A stretch of 63,661 bases of DNA, filler included, from Dimorphilus gyrociliatus (lineage: Eukaryota > Animalia > Annelida), in NCBI GenBank assembly GCA_904063045.1. It is 3 parts of 3 records of this genome, joined end to end, with 100 filler letters (N's around TTAATTAATTAA, not from the genome) between each part and the next. Parts side by side here need not be neighbours in the genome. Positions count along the whole stretch, not along the records: positions 1 to 22,103 come from CAJFCJ010000180.1; 2 more parts are not named here. One strand, 5' to 3'. Shown in pieces: positions 1 to 11,904 of the stretch. The translations under genes were made by a program, and so were the position numbers. How positions within the stretch are numbered: the first letter of the stretch is position 1; the number at the start of each line of letters is the position of its first letter. The notes under the pieces are model-generated. The model searched no databases, was not told the origin of the DNA, and saw only the letters and a program-made list of their open reading frames with translations.

Positions 1-2327
1 TATTTATATTAAGTGTTTTATAAAGTTTTGTATTAATTTATATGAATTTTTGATTAGTTTTAAATACTTCTCTATTACAAAATTAATCTAATCAATTCCA
101 TTTTTTTTTATTGTTCTACTTTTATTCTCTATTTTTATGAATTAATAAGAATAGTTTATACTTGAAAATGTTATATTTTGTCTTTTTTTAAAGAATATTT
201 CTAACTGGATATTTAAAAATAAATAAATAAGAATTTGTATTTTAATTTTTTATACAACTCTATGAAACTATATAATAACTTAAAACTGTTTTTTTATGTC
301 AACAAGAGTGATAAAATTGTATTAGGTTATTTTTTATTAATAAAAATTTAACAGTAAAAAAAATATAACTGGTTTACCGTAAAAATAGCTTATTAATCAA
401 TATCTTTAAATTTAGAAGCTTATATATTTAATACGAATCAATAATTTATTCTAATATTTGTCTCTTTTAAATAAATATGATTATTTTGTATAGAAAATAT
501 TTATTTTTAAAGTAAAAGTATTTAAAAAGTTTTATACTGAGATTTTGTTATAACTCAATGTTTCTTATACATACTTATTATACGTTTTAGCTGTTTTCAA
601 AATATAAGTTAATATACAATATATAATAGATAATAGATAAATTAATAGATAATAAATAATAGAATTATAATAGATAAGTTGATATATGAATTTTTATAAT
701 CATCCAACAGATTTTATTCGATAATTGAATTAGACTGGAATATAAATTAAAATACTTAAAACCTTTAATATAACTTTTTATTTAAAAGTAGAGTGTTTTG
801 AATAACAATCTATTATTTTTATACTAGATTTATATTTTGGGAGTTTCTTATGTTTATTGGTAGTGTTATTTTGAGCTGTAAGAAGTCTTTTTAAAATAAC
901 ATTTAATTAATTTTAGAATAATCGTTAAATGTTCTTCTATATTTATTTTTATCTTACAATCTTTAAAAAAACTTTTTGGTAATATACATAAGTTATATTT
1001 GTTTTGGGTGTGTATTTCTGGTATATTTTTATTTTTAAAGTTAGTTTTATATTTAATTTTAGAATGACCAATTCGCAAGGTTAATGTTGCTGTTTCTTTC
1101 TAATTATTAGTTGAAATGATATAAAATTCTTACGATACGTTTATTTTAAAGATTTAACTTCTCTTTTTATTTATATTTAGACTATTAAATGTTTAAAGTT
1201 GTTAATTGCATCTTTCTACGTATATTCACGTTTTATCGCAGCACTTTTATCAATTTCTATGACTAAACCAGAGCCTTATATCTTAGGTTAATTTTATTGT
1301 TTAGCTTAGCTTAGTATTATAAATCCTTTAATTTATTTAAGAGGATGTGCAAATATATCTATATTGGTAGGTCATTAATTATTTTTGGTGATACTTTGAT
1401 TTTACTGATAACTAGGAATCAAGCGCCCAAATCTTGATTGAATTATGTTTTTTTATTCAAATCCCCACGATAGGACATTTATATAATGCTGTGATACTAA
1501 ATCATTCAAATTTTACATTTTACAAAAATACACCATATCTCGATAGAAAATAATCCCTTTGGATTTAATTGTTGCTTTTGCAATCAACAATAACAAAAAA
1601 AAATTAATTAACCATCATTAATTATTTTTCCATTACTAAAACGTCTAACAAACTTTAACATATTGCAAATAGTGTTAATAATGTTCTTCTGTTATTTGTA
1701 TTTCTTTATTAGTTCTTATTCTATATTAGGTTATCTCTTCTTAACTAAGTATTTTTGTTATGCAAATAAATTTATAATAAGGGGAAAATAATTATATGGT
1801 GTTATATAAAGAATTTCATGTCCGGTCTCTCAAATTAGCTGTTTTTTTATTATTATGGTGAAATATTACATTGTTCACCATGAAATTTGCTTACTAAACC
1901 TCAGTTCATCAATTTTTTAAATTATACATTTTATTAAACCTTTTAAACAACCGGACTAAATACTAAAAAAACAAATTTTAAAATGAGAACACTGTTTTTG
2001 TCTTTTCTAAACATCACTTTTACTTTTGTTTGTATGTGTGGGATGGTTATTAATGTATAGTCTCTACTTAAGGCTCTTTCACTTGTTTTTATCATAAAAG
2101 GCTTAAAACCAGCACATCTACAAATATAAAACTTCAATGATTTCTCTTTGCTTATAAACTATAAAAAGATTCCGAATATTTAAATCTAGATTTAACATTT
2201 TTATCTATTCTTCTTTCAGGGATTAATTGTTATCTTTATGACGAATAATTCTAACTTTTTAATTCACGATCAATGGTTAAAATTATAATATTTTTGAAAC
2301 AGTTTGTCTTTTGTTTCTTTACATATA

Positions 2328-3762
2328 CAGAGTGTAAAAAAAGTGGTCGCCTATATTTTTGTTCATATATAAATAATTGGACTATTTATTCTGAATAAGG
2401 ATATACCAAATGTTTTATAATTGATGATTACCCTACTTTTCTATGCTTTTCTTTGTTGATCTTCTTTCTAGTTATTTTAATAAAAAATGTCTTTAAGAAG
2501 ACTGTAAAAAAAAGTGGTCACTTATTAAAATCTACTTTTTCTCCAATTTGGTATAAAAATTAAATAGAAATACCCAACATGGGTTGACATTACTCTAACG
2601 ATAAGAAAGGGGGAATAGTACGGATGAAAATTTCTACGATTTTAGGTATTCCGTATTCATCTGTACAGATAATTGTAAAAAAAAAGTAGATTAATATAAC
2701 AAAAAAGTGGGTATGGGAGGAAATGGAGGGTCCAAAATACTTAAAGACATAAATGTGGAATTTCTATATAAGGCAGTAAGAAAATGATAATACTCTATCT
2801 TGCAAAAAATGAATAGGAAAAGTTAAAGCAAAACCAAAGTAGTGAATGTTCGCATATGATAGTAAAAAATTACCTAAACAAGTTAGACTTTATATCGGAC
2901 TCACCGATAAAAAAACAGCTTTTTCAACCAAGGCACATAATTAACTATTTTGAAGCTAGTAAGAGGTGGATAAAAATGCCTGAGAGTAGAATTAAGACAA
3001 TGATTTTTAGTGATTAGTTTAAATTTGACTTATTAAATTCGGATGGAAATATAAAGATATGAAAGAGGAAAGAAGATAGGCTTAATTATACAAAAATCTG
3101 AGGCACATTAAAATTCGGATGAGTGTCTGTAATAGCATGAGGGGGTTCTTATTTAGTATTGAAGAAATTAAATTTATCGATGTAAAGATGGGTACAGCAT
3201 ATTACTGCAACATAATAAGCTCCTGTTTATTTACTCCTTCTATAAAAACTGATTATCTGACTTTTTTTTCGTACAAGTTAACGATCCCAAGCATAAAGTA
3301 AGCTAGTAAAGAATTTTTTTCGGAGAGAACGATGCTAAACTTGAAAGCAGGCCTGCTCAATTTCCTGATTGTACCCCTATAAAAAACTTGTGGGCAGTAA
3401 TTAAGATCAAAATAGGAAATAAATCGTTTAAAACAAGAAGCGAGCTAAAGGCTGCTATAACAGAAGAATGGAATAGAATATCAGTAGAAACTTGTCAGAA
3501 ACTGGCTTTATCCTTAAAAAAAAGAAACTGTTACTTTATAGAGCAAAAGGTGGATACACTATAAAATAAATGTTAATGACCACTTTTTTTTGTTAGTCTC
3601 AAAAAAAATTTTTATTAAAATAACTAAAAAGAAGATCAACAGAGAAAAGCATAGAAAAAGGGGGAATCATTTATAAAACATTTAGGGTATCCTTATTCAG
3701 AATAGAACAGTCAATTATTTATAAATCAACAAAAATATAGGCAACTTTTTTTTTGCACACTG
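2328..3762 (+). mobile_element. Tc1-family DNA transposon (IR-DR type, ~195-bp TIRs), defective
   Basis: TA at 2326-2327 and 3763-3764. Termini CAGAGTG.../...CACACTG. TIRs ~2328-2525 and ~3572-3762, each carrying an AAAAAAAGTGGTC-type motif near both ends (outer right copy degenerate). Confidence 0.9.
2579..3569 (+). pseudogene. Tc1 transposase pseudogene
   Basis: Fragments in shifting frames: SD.FKFDLLNSDGN, LKFG*VSVIA*, VNDPKHK, PAQFPDCTPIKNLWAVI, AKGGYT. Many stops and frameshifts. Confidence 0.85.
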
Positions 3763-4126
3763 TAAAACATTTCTTATATTTCTGTACCGTTTATAATTTA
3801 TTAACCGACGTTTGTTGTATTAACATTAAACTTTTTATACTGTACTTTAATTGAATTTCATCGTCAAGTAAAATTCTTGATGAACATTTCTGATACTAAA
3901 TGTATAAACTAGAAACCTTTGTTTAATCACTAAAATAAATAATTTATAAAAAAAAGAATCACCAAGTTTTTATCATTTACTCACCGTAGCTTTATATACA
4001 TAGAAAAAATATATAACTTTTATATTAGCACTTTTTATAGTTTCGTATACTAGTCGCTTTATTTTGTACTATTTATTTCTAAGTCTTTTTTAGCGCGTCT
4101 AAAAAAAAATCTCAAATTAATATTTT

Positions 4127-4339
4127 AAAAGTTTGTCTTTTAGAATAAACAAAATCTTATACTTATAGTACTTCAAAAGTTTGTCTTTTAGAATAAACAA
4201 AATCTTATACTTATAATATTTCAAAGGTTTGTCTTTTAGAATAAACAAAATCTTATACTTATAATATTTCAAAAGTTTGTCTTTTAGAATAAACAAAATC
4301 TTATACTTATAGTACTTCAAAGGTCTGTTTTTTAGAATA
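4127..4339. repeat. 48-bp tandem repeat, ~4.4 copies
   Basis: Unit AAAAGTTTGTCTTTTAGAATAAACAAAATCTTATACTTATAGTACTTC starts at 4127, 4175, 4223, 4271 and partially at 4319. It is open in one minus frame (KYYKYKILFILKDKLL). Confidence 0.95.
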
Positions 4340-4947
4340 TTCTATATTTTTGTTAATAAATTGATATTTAGGCAAATCTACCCGTTTCTTTACCTATCTA
4401 AATAAACATTTCATATATTCTAAATTTCTAATCATACCACAATAAAGATATTAAAACATATAATGTAATAAAATAGACAGGGTTTAAAAGACTACTTAGC
4501 TAATTTGGTTTTTTTAAAATTTATGTTCATTCTGTAGATAAAAAAGCGAGTTTATAATCTTTTATATTTATAGCTTTTCTACTAAAACTCTGTATTTTGT
4601 ATGTAATTTTTTAATTTCACATTCAACTTAATTATTTTTTAAGAGTTTTATAGTTTTTTGATAACTGAATATAAAAATTTAATATATGAATGAATGTAAC
4701 AATTAAAGTATAGATCGTATCTTTGGCTTTGGAATTACAAAGTTTTAATCTTCTAATTTTTTTTAAAAGCTAAAATATTAAGCCTTAAATCTTGCTACAT
4801 GTTTTTAGTAAATGTATAAATAATGAAAATAAAAAAAAAGTCGAATTTTATCAAAAACTGTTTATTGATGATAAATAGTCTTTTTAAACACCAGACTTGA
4901 AGATAGTCAAGATCAGAGGAACTTTGAATATCAATGGTATGGGTATT

Positions 4948-5286
4948 CTACTCCATTTGAATTTGAGATGTATCTCTTCTTTGTTTTGGGTCTGATCTAC
5001 TACCTTTAGGCCTAGTTTCATTTTCATGTGTAAATGTTTGATCATATGGTCCTGTATTGGTATTTTGCTCATATGGTGTAGTTCTTTTTTCACTTTCAAA
5101 ATTTACTTGGTCGGGTGTAAATGGTTTGGTTATGCTTTTGATAGAAGGATCTAGTTTATACCTATTCGTAATTCTACCAAATCTCTTAGGTTCTGGAATT
5201 GTCGGTGGTGGTGGTGGAAGGTTGTTGATATGGTTTGAATTGGGATTTGAATGAGAAAAAACTATACTAAAGAATGAAAACATCAT
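4948..5286 (-). CDS. Putative secreted proline-rich protein (possibly prematurely terminated)
   Basis: Short hydrophobic N-terminus MMFSFFSIVFS, a PPPPP run and a low-complexity polar body. The frame stays open ~50 codons beyond the TAG. Confidence 0.5.
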   Translation of the reverse strand: MMFSFFSIVFSHSNPNSNHINNLPPPPPTIPEPKRFGRITNRYKLDPSIKSITKPFTPDQVNFESEKRTTPYEQNTNTGPYDQTFTHENETRPKGSRSDPKQRRDTSQIQME

Positions 5287-5459
5287 ATGGTCAAAAAAGC
5301 TTGTTTCTTTTATAATTTAGAACACGTGTATTTCTCTTTCCAAAAAAAAATATAATTACGATATTCTGAAAAGTACAAACGTTTTTTATATATTTAATCT
5401 TATTGAAATAATTTTTTTTTGGAAAGACGACTTCATTTTGTATTTTAAGTAATAATAAT

Positions 5460-5810
5460 GGCTGGAGTACCAATCTGTTCTACCATTGGTGTGTGTCAAA
5501 AAAAAAAATTTAACCTTGTAAAATGAATAATTTTTTGAATAATAACATTAAAAACTTATTAAAGAGTTATTGTAAATTCCCAAGATATTGTGAATTATGT
5601 ATGGTAGTGTATCTATTACACTAAAAAAACTTAACTTTACATATAAGTGTAAAAACGCTCATGAGAAGGAAAATTGTATTTAAAAATACTATTTTTATAG
5701 AACAAATTACTGTTTTTTAAATAATATGGTTATTTGCGTAATTATAACATAGATCAAATCATAAGAATAGCAAAAAAAAAACATAATAAATTTATAGTTA
5801 TTTCTACCTT
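5460..5810 (+). mobile_element. 5' fragment of Merlin transposon (left TIR plus start of transposase), heavily deleted
   Basis: Colinear with 16333-~16720 (GGCTGGAGTACCAATCTGTTCTACC...), differing mostly by small deletions. No right TIR. Confidence 0.9.
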
Positions 5811-7430
5811 AATTTTATTTAGCATAAATAGTGTTTCATGACTCTATTGGAAATAAAAAGGAGCTTTTCCAAAGGAATTTAGTGTCTCCTGAAAACTAAA
5901 ACTTTGTTTAATAATTGTGCTAACATCGTCTTATGTTTTACAATAATTGTTTTTTAATAAACCACTTTACCAAAATACTGGTGAATTTTCAATTTACAAC
6001 TCATTATTCTCTTGTATAAATCATCTTATGATATTCATAATTACTTGTTTTCAAGTAAGTTATTTGGACTTGAAATCTATCGTTATTTAAGCATAAGCTC
6101 TATTTTCTATGTAATATTCGATTTACTGATGAATATTTAATTCATGATGCTTTAATGACACAGTAATTTTCTATTTTTTAAGCCGCTTGTGTTTCTTAAC
6201 TTAATAAGACACTATTATTTATCTCTGTATTGATAAGTACGTCCCTTTTTCATTAAAAAGAGTTGATTTATTTTCTTAATAAATTTAAAAATTATAAACC
6301 TGATCATAGCACTTTAGAAAACACAATATATCATAATAATAAAAGTTTTTAGTTTTAAACTTAATATCTAAATTTTTGGTTATTTTAAAAAACTTTGTTC
6401 ATTTTTAAGAAGAATGAAATTTTTTTACTAACACTGAAATACCTAAAATACTAGATAAAACAAAAAAACTATCTTTACTTGAATCATATATAATAACACT
6501 TATTTATTTAATATGATATTTCTTAACATTAAATTCTAAAAAAACAGTGAACATTTATTTGGTTAAATATAAAATGTTAATAACAGTAACACCAAGATTC
6601 TTTTAAGTTGAACTACGACTTTTAATAGTAAATAAAATTAAAAAAGCGAAAGTATTATTTATTGGTAAAAAGTCGTTTTAAGAGTTCAAGAAGCGCAAAA
6701 CCAAGTAAAATAAGAATTCTATTATATTAATTTTGTTTGCTATAGTGTTGAGAAAGCTTTTTAATTAATTTTATATATTTATTAAGTAGTTATTTTGTAC
6801 CTAATTAAATATTCGCCTTTTGATAGAAATGTTTGTATACTCATGGGAAACCTAAAAAAAATAATAACCAATAGAAATAAGGCCCAATATTGTGATAATT
6901 AAAAATAAGATATAGAATATCAATTAATTTATAAAAGATAATTTACAAGTTTATCACGTATTAAAACAGGTGTATTAAGTTAATAGACACAAAGGTGAAA
7001 TGGTAATTATAGATGTACAAGAACTTTTTAGTTATTTCTTCTGTAGTCTTTTTACGTTTTTTGTACTTTTTAACGTCAAGCATTAGAAGAAGAACTAACG
7101 AATGTTTAGTTTATGACGCAAAATAATAATATAATATGAATTTAATATGAAATACACTCCCTGTTATTTATTACAAGCAAGCTTCAACAAAGCTAGGTCT
7201 AATAAAGAATAGAATATAATGTAATTAAAGTCACTGAATGAAATTTATAAAACACAAGGTATCTACTGATAATATTTGATGATATTGTATAAATTGTAAA
7301 CTCTACAACTTAATGAGATTGTCAGTTTTCAATTCAAAAATTAAAAGGTATATTTATATAGTGTTAGTAGCTTTTTTATATATAATGTGATCGAAAAAAA
7401 TTCTTATGAAAAAAGAATATGAATATAACT

Positions 7431-9062
7431 TGTTGCATGTAATTGTGCCCCATATAATATGGGGCGGGATCGATATAGCTTTTTAAAAAAAATTAAATTG
7501 GACGTGGTTAAATTTTAAATTCGTTTTAAATTAGGAAAGGGTCTGGTATTTAATTGTGGCCCCTACCTAATTACCATGAAAGAGTTTCTATATACGGATT
7601 TTAATTAGTATGGAAGGGTTGTAAAATAGTTTTTTAAAATAATTAATAAACTTTTTAAGTTTGGTTTTTGCTATTATTTTCATCCTTTCATGACTATTAC
7701 ATAATATTAAAGTATTGTCATTATTAATTTGATGGTCCTTATAAGTTTCTGTTTCATATAGAGAGTTTTCAATTATAGTACTGCTGTTTAGTCTACTAGG
7801 TTTGTAGTCTTTTAGTAATAGAACTTTATCTCCTATGGTTATATTAGTAAAGTAGCTGGTTTCTTGTTCCCTCCTATAACTAATAGCATATGACTGATAT
7901 CTTTCCCTAACTATTATTGCGTTATCATTCATATTAGTGATTTGGTACAATATACTCGGGTTCTTTCCTCTAAATAAAATAAATGGCTTTGTTCTTGTTG
8001 ACTGGTGTGGTATTATATCTATAAACTGTTTCTTTTAAGTGTTTAGTCCATTGGAACGTATTCCCTTCATTTACCTTTATCAGCTTATTTTTTAAAGCTA
8101 TATTAAAACGCTCCACTTGCCCTTGACTCTGCGGATGATAGGGCCTTCCTCTTATATGCTTTACTGTATACTTTTCTAAAACATATTTGCCCCATTTATG
8201 CACAAATTCTCGTCCATTATCGGCGTGAATACTTTTCCATGGGCCTTCGCTTTAAAACAGTTTTTCATGTATGTCACCAAATATACAGCCATGCTTTGAA
8301 GCAACTGGATACACAAAGCCAAATTTAGAAAATGAATCAATCATTGTATAGCAGTACTTCATCCAGCCATTTATATTAGAAAAGTTCGAAAAATCGGTAA
8401 GGTCGACCATTGGTCTTTCATTAGCGGCAGTAGGTATGATTGCAGCAATTTTTTTTGTTATAACAGGTGGTTTAATTTTTGACAAGATTCGTACTTAGAT
8501 ACAAATTTTTTGACGTCAAGTTGTTTTATTCCATAATATTTCCCATTTATCTATATAAAGATCTTGTTTATACCCAAATGATCTGGCTCATGGTATTTTT
8601 TAATTATTTTCTGTTTCAAAACCAGTTCATAATCACATATTATCAGTTTCCCCCATATCATCTTTCCTATAACGAACTCACCACTTTTAGACCCAAGTCT
8701 TGGTTCCTCCCTCTAGAACTCTTCTTTTATTCTTTACTGAGACCCTTTTTATATACTTTATGCATGAGGTATCTACCTATGGAAGTTTTTTCCTCTAATG
8801 ACTCTATCTTTATTAAATTACCCTTATTTTATTTAAAAAAAAGATTTTTCCACATATCTAATTATTTTACAACCCTCCCATACTAATTAAAATCCATATA
8901 TAGAAACACATTCACGGTAATTAGGTAGGGGTTCACAATTAAACACCAGATCCTTTCTTAATTTAGAACAAATTTAAAATTCAAGCAAGTTCAATTTTAT
9001 TTATTTTGAAAAGTTATATCGATCCCGCCCCATATTATATGGGGACAAAATTACATAAAACA
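7431..9062 (-). mobile_element. Ginger/GIN-like integrase DNA transposon with ~200-bp TIRs and 16-bp TSD
   Basis: Termini TGT...ACA. Imperfect TIRs at 7431-7628 and 8863-9062. Identical GAATATGAATATAACT at 7415-7430 and 9063-9078. Confidence 0.85.
7588..8800 (-). pseudogene. Retroviral/Gypsy-like DDE integrase (transposase) pseudogene
   Basis: HEPDHLG...YESCQK (degenerate HHCC), MVDLTD...TMIDSFSKF, IHADNGREF, GRPYHPQSQGQVERFN, YRYNTT. Split by stops and frameshifts (ORFs 8252-8485, 7970-8203, 7588-7950). No RT or gag; 5' coordinate approximate. Confidence 0.9.
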
Positions 9063-9609
9063 GAATATGAATATAACTACACTTATTAACTATATTTGTA
9101 AACTGAATGCATATGGGAATGTAATTTAATGATAAATGTAGAAATTTAATTTATAGAATTAGAAAAAAAATCTGGGAAAAAACAAGCATCTTGTATAGAG
9201 AAACCTAAAGTAAAAAATTTAGAATACTCTTATAGTTAAACCACCAAAAATATTAAAATTTTGCCTTTTTTAAAACAAATAGCAAATTTTTTATATTTTT
9301 TTCTAAAAAAGGGCCAATTTACTATTTTAGCTTTTTCTTTCATTGGTGTTTTAGGTCTTCTATATGCAGTAAATTATTGTACTGTAAGAGATTTCTATTT
9401 CATTTATGGCTTTAAAATAAACTTTAGTTAATTTTTTTAAGATCTTTTCTTTTAATAAAAAAAATTATTAGCGTTAAGAATTTAAGTAGAGAATTATTTA
9501 AATATGATATTAGTATACTTAGTTTAAAACGACTTTAAATATACCAAAAATGGAATTGTACTGTAATTATTGGTATTTTAGTTTATATAAGATTTATTAA
9601 AAATGAGAT

Positions 9610-11660
9610 ATGCTTCCTTTATTATTTAGTAAAATGTCTGAACTTTTTACATCCCAAGAAGTGTATGCTAGCCAAGAAGATGTTAGTATAGAACAAAGAT
9701 ACGATAGTGGCAGGGAAGATGTTAGTATAGAACAAAAATCTGGACAGAGCTTGATTTACATAGAATTATGAGTATAGAAGGTTTAGAAAATGTTATACTA
9801 AAAAACAACAGGCCATTGATTCCATTTTTGAATGCAATTAAAAAATCGAAAATTTTAATACGCTTAGATTTATCTCATACAATTGGACTAGGTGATGAAT
9901 TATTTGAAATCTTACCTACCTTATCACATCTAGAAGATTTAAATCTATCCTGGTGTAAGTTAGAAGACAATTTATTAGAGAAGTTGAGTGTTCTAAGTGG
10001 CCTAAAAAAGTTAGATCTATCCGGAAATGAAGTAAACGAAAATACTATGATAGCAATTTCAGAATAAACGGACTAGAAGAGCTAAATTTAAGCCATTGTG
10101 ATTTGGAAATGAAGCATGTAGTACATATAGCCAGTTTAAAGTCGTTGAGAAAACTAAATCTTTCTCACAACAGGTTCACGCTGAATGGACAAGATACTAA
10201 TATTTTATCAAATATGACAAATTTAACCGAATTAAACTTAGCTGACTGCAATCTGAATGGAAATTTCATAAAAAAGAATCTCAATAATTTAGAAAACCTA
10301 AAAATATTACATTTTAGCGGAAACTACAACCAAGATAGTAATTTTAAACCCATATTTATATTTAACCTTACTACAATCGAAGAATTATATATATCAAGAT
10401 GTGGTTTGAAAGAAAATATGATTAGTGAAATATACAAATTAAAAAAACTCAAAAAATTAGATATAAATCTGCATTTAAATCTAAATAACAACGACTTTGT
10501 TATGATTTCTAAACTTACAGAGCTTGAATACCTTAGTTTAGAATTTTGTAAACTTGGAAATAAAGATTTATCTCCTCTTAAGAACTTAAGAAATTTAAAA
10601 ACACTAAATTTAAAATCAAGTGGTAAGTTAAGTCAGCATAATCTAAAAGTATTATTTGATATGGAAGTCTAGTAGAAATTAATTTAGAAAGTTGTGGTTT
10701 AGAAGACTTCCCTGACTCTAAAAAGGGATTACCAGTAAGTTTAAAAAGGTTAAATGTGGATTCAAACCATATAATGAAAGAGGAGTATTTTGTAGCTTTC
10801 TCTAAATTAACAAATTTAGAAGAATTATCAGTGAAAGGTACTCACTTAAATAGCAATACATTAAAGACAATTGTTCCTCTGACTAAATTGAAAATTTTAA
10901 TTTTGGATGACAATTCACATTGCATATCAGAACTAGATTTATTAGCTATTTCTCAGCTAACAGAGTTAGAAATTCTAAGTTTCCGTAACTGTCATTTAAA
11001 CCACAAATTACCTTCTGATATTTCTAATCTAAAAAAGCTCAGAATATTAAATTTAAGAACAAGTCTTAGAATAGGGCAAAGACGGAATATCAACAATAGC
11101 CACTATAAAAAACGTTGAAGAGTTATCCTTATCAAGATGTAGTATACAAGATACATTAACTGATGAGTTATTAAGATTACAACGTTTAAGAAAGCTGGAT
11201 TTAAGCTTTAATCATGATCTAACAGCCAATGATCTAATAGTAGTATCAAAATTAGTAATTTAGAAGAATTAAGCTTAAAATATTGTAATTTAAGATATAA
11301 AGTGAAATGTTTATCTCCTCTTAACACCTAAAGAAACTAGATTTACGCAGAAGTAGAAATTTGACCAATGAAGATTTTATTGCTTATTAGAACTAAAAGA
11401 GCTTGTAAATCTAGAACTTGAATTTCCTTTTTTTGCTCATTAGAAGAATATAGACTCAGAATGGTTTGATCAAAAATCAATAGATAGTATTTCACATTAC
11501 TGGAATATTCTTGAACATAAATTTATTCCTAAATAAAATATTCAAAAATCTTAGAAGTATTAGCTTTAATGGAATGGGTATAAATGATAAAAGCTATATT
11601 AATATAATAAGGGAATTAGAAAGGAATGGCATTTCTATAGTAAGTGAACATAAAAAATAA
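9610..11660 (+). pseudogene. Leucine-rich-repeat protein, multiply frameshifted (pseudogene or sequencing indels)
   Basis: Consecutive ORFs 9768-10067, 10103-10672 and 10756-11118 plus further pieces to the stop at 11658-11660, all with LxxLxxLxLxxN/C repeats. ATG at 9610 with a 39-bp-period N-terminal duplication (EDVSIEQ x2). Confidence 0.8.
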
Positions 11661-11904
11661 ACGTAAGAGTATAAAAGGTACAAAAACAGGCAGTATTTAC
11701 TGATTTTATATTCGGAAGATATTTAATAAAAGTACTTTTTATAAAACCTAACGTTAATAAATTCTATTTCTGTTGTTTCTAATTAATTGGTTTATTATAA
11801 ATCACTTTTAAATATACTTTATATCCATCATAAACATTTCTAAAACAACTTTAGTATTTAACTATTCTATTATTATATTATTCTATTATTATTGAGTATA
11901 TAAT

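Noticed and set aside
4117-4339. 48-bp repeat as a CRISPR array or a standalone 67-aa gene
   Set aside because: Units are contiguous with no spacers and no cas genes; the ORF has only a TTG start and is just the open frame of the minisatellite.
5830-6950. Degraded coding-like, partly hydrophobic minus-strand sequence
   Set aside because: Too many stops and no recognisable motif to call a product.
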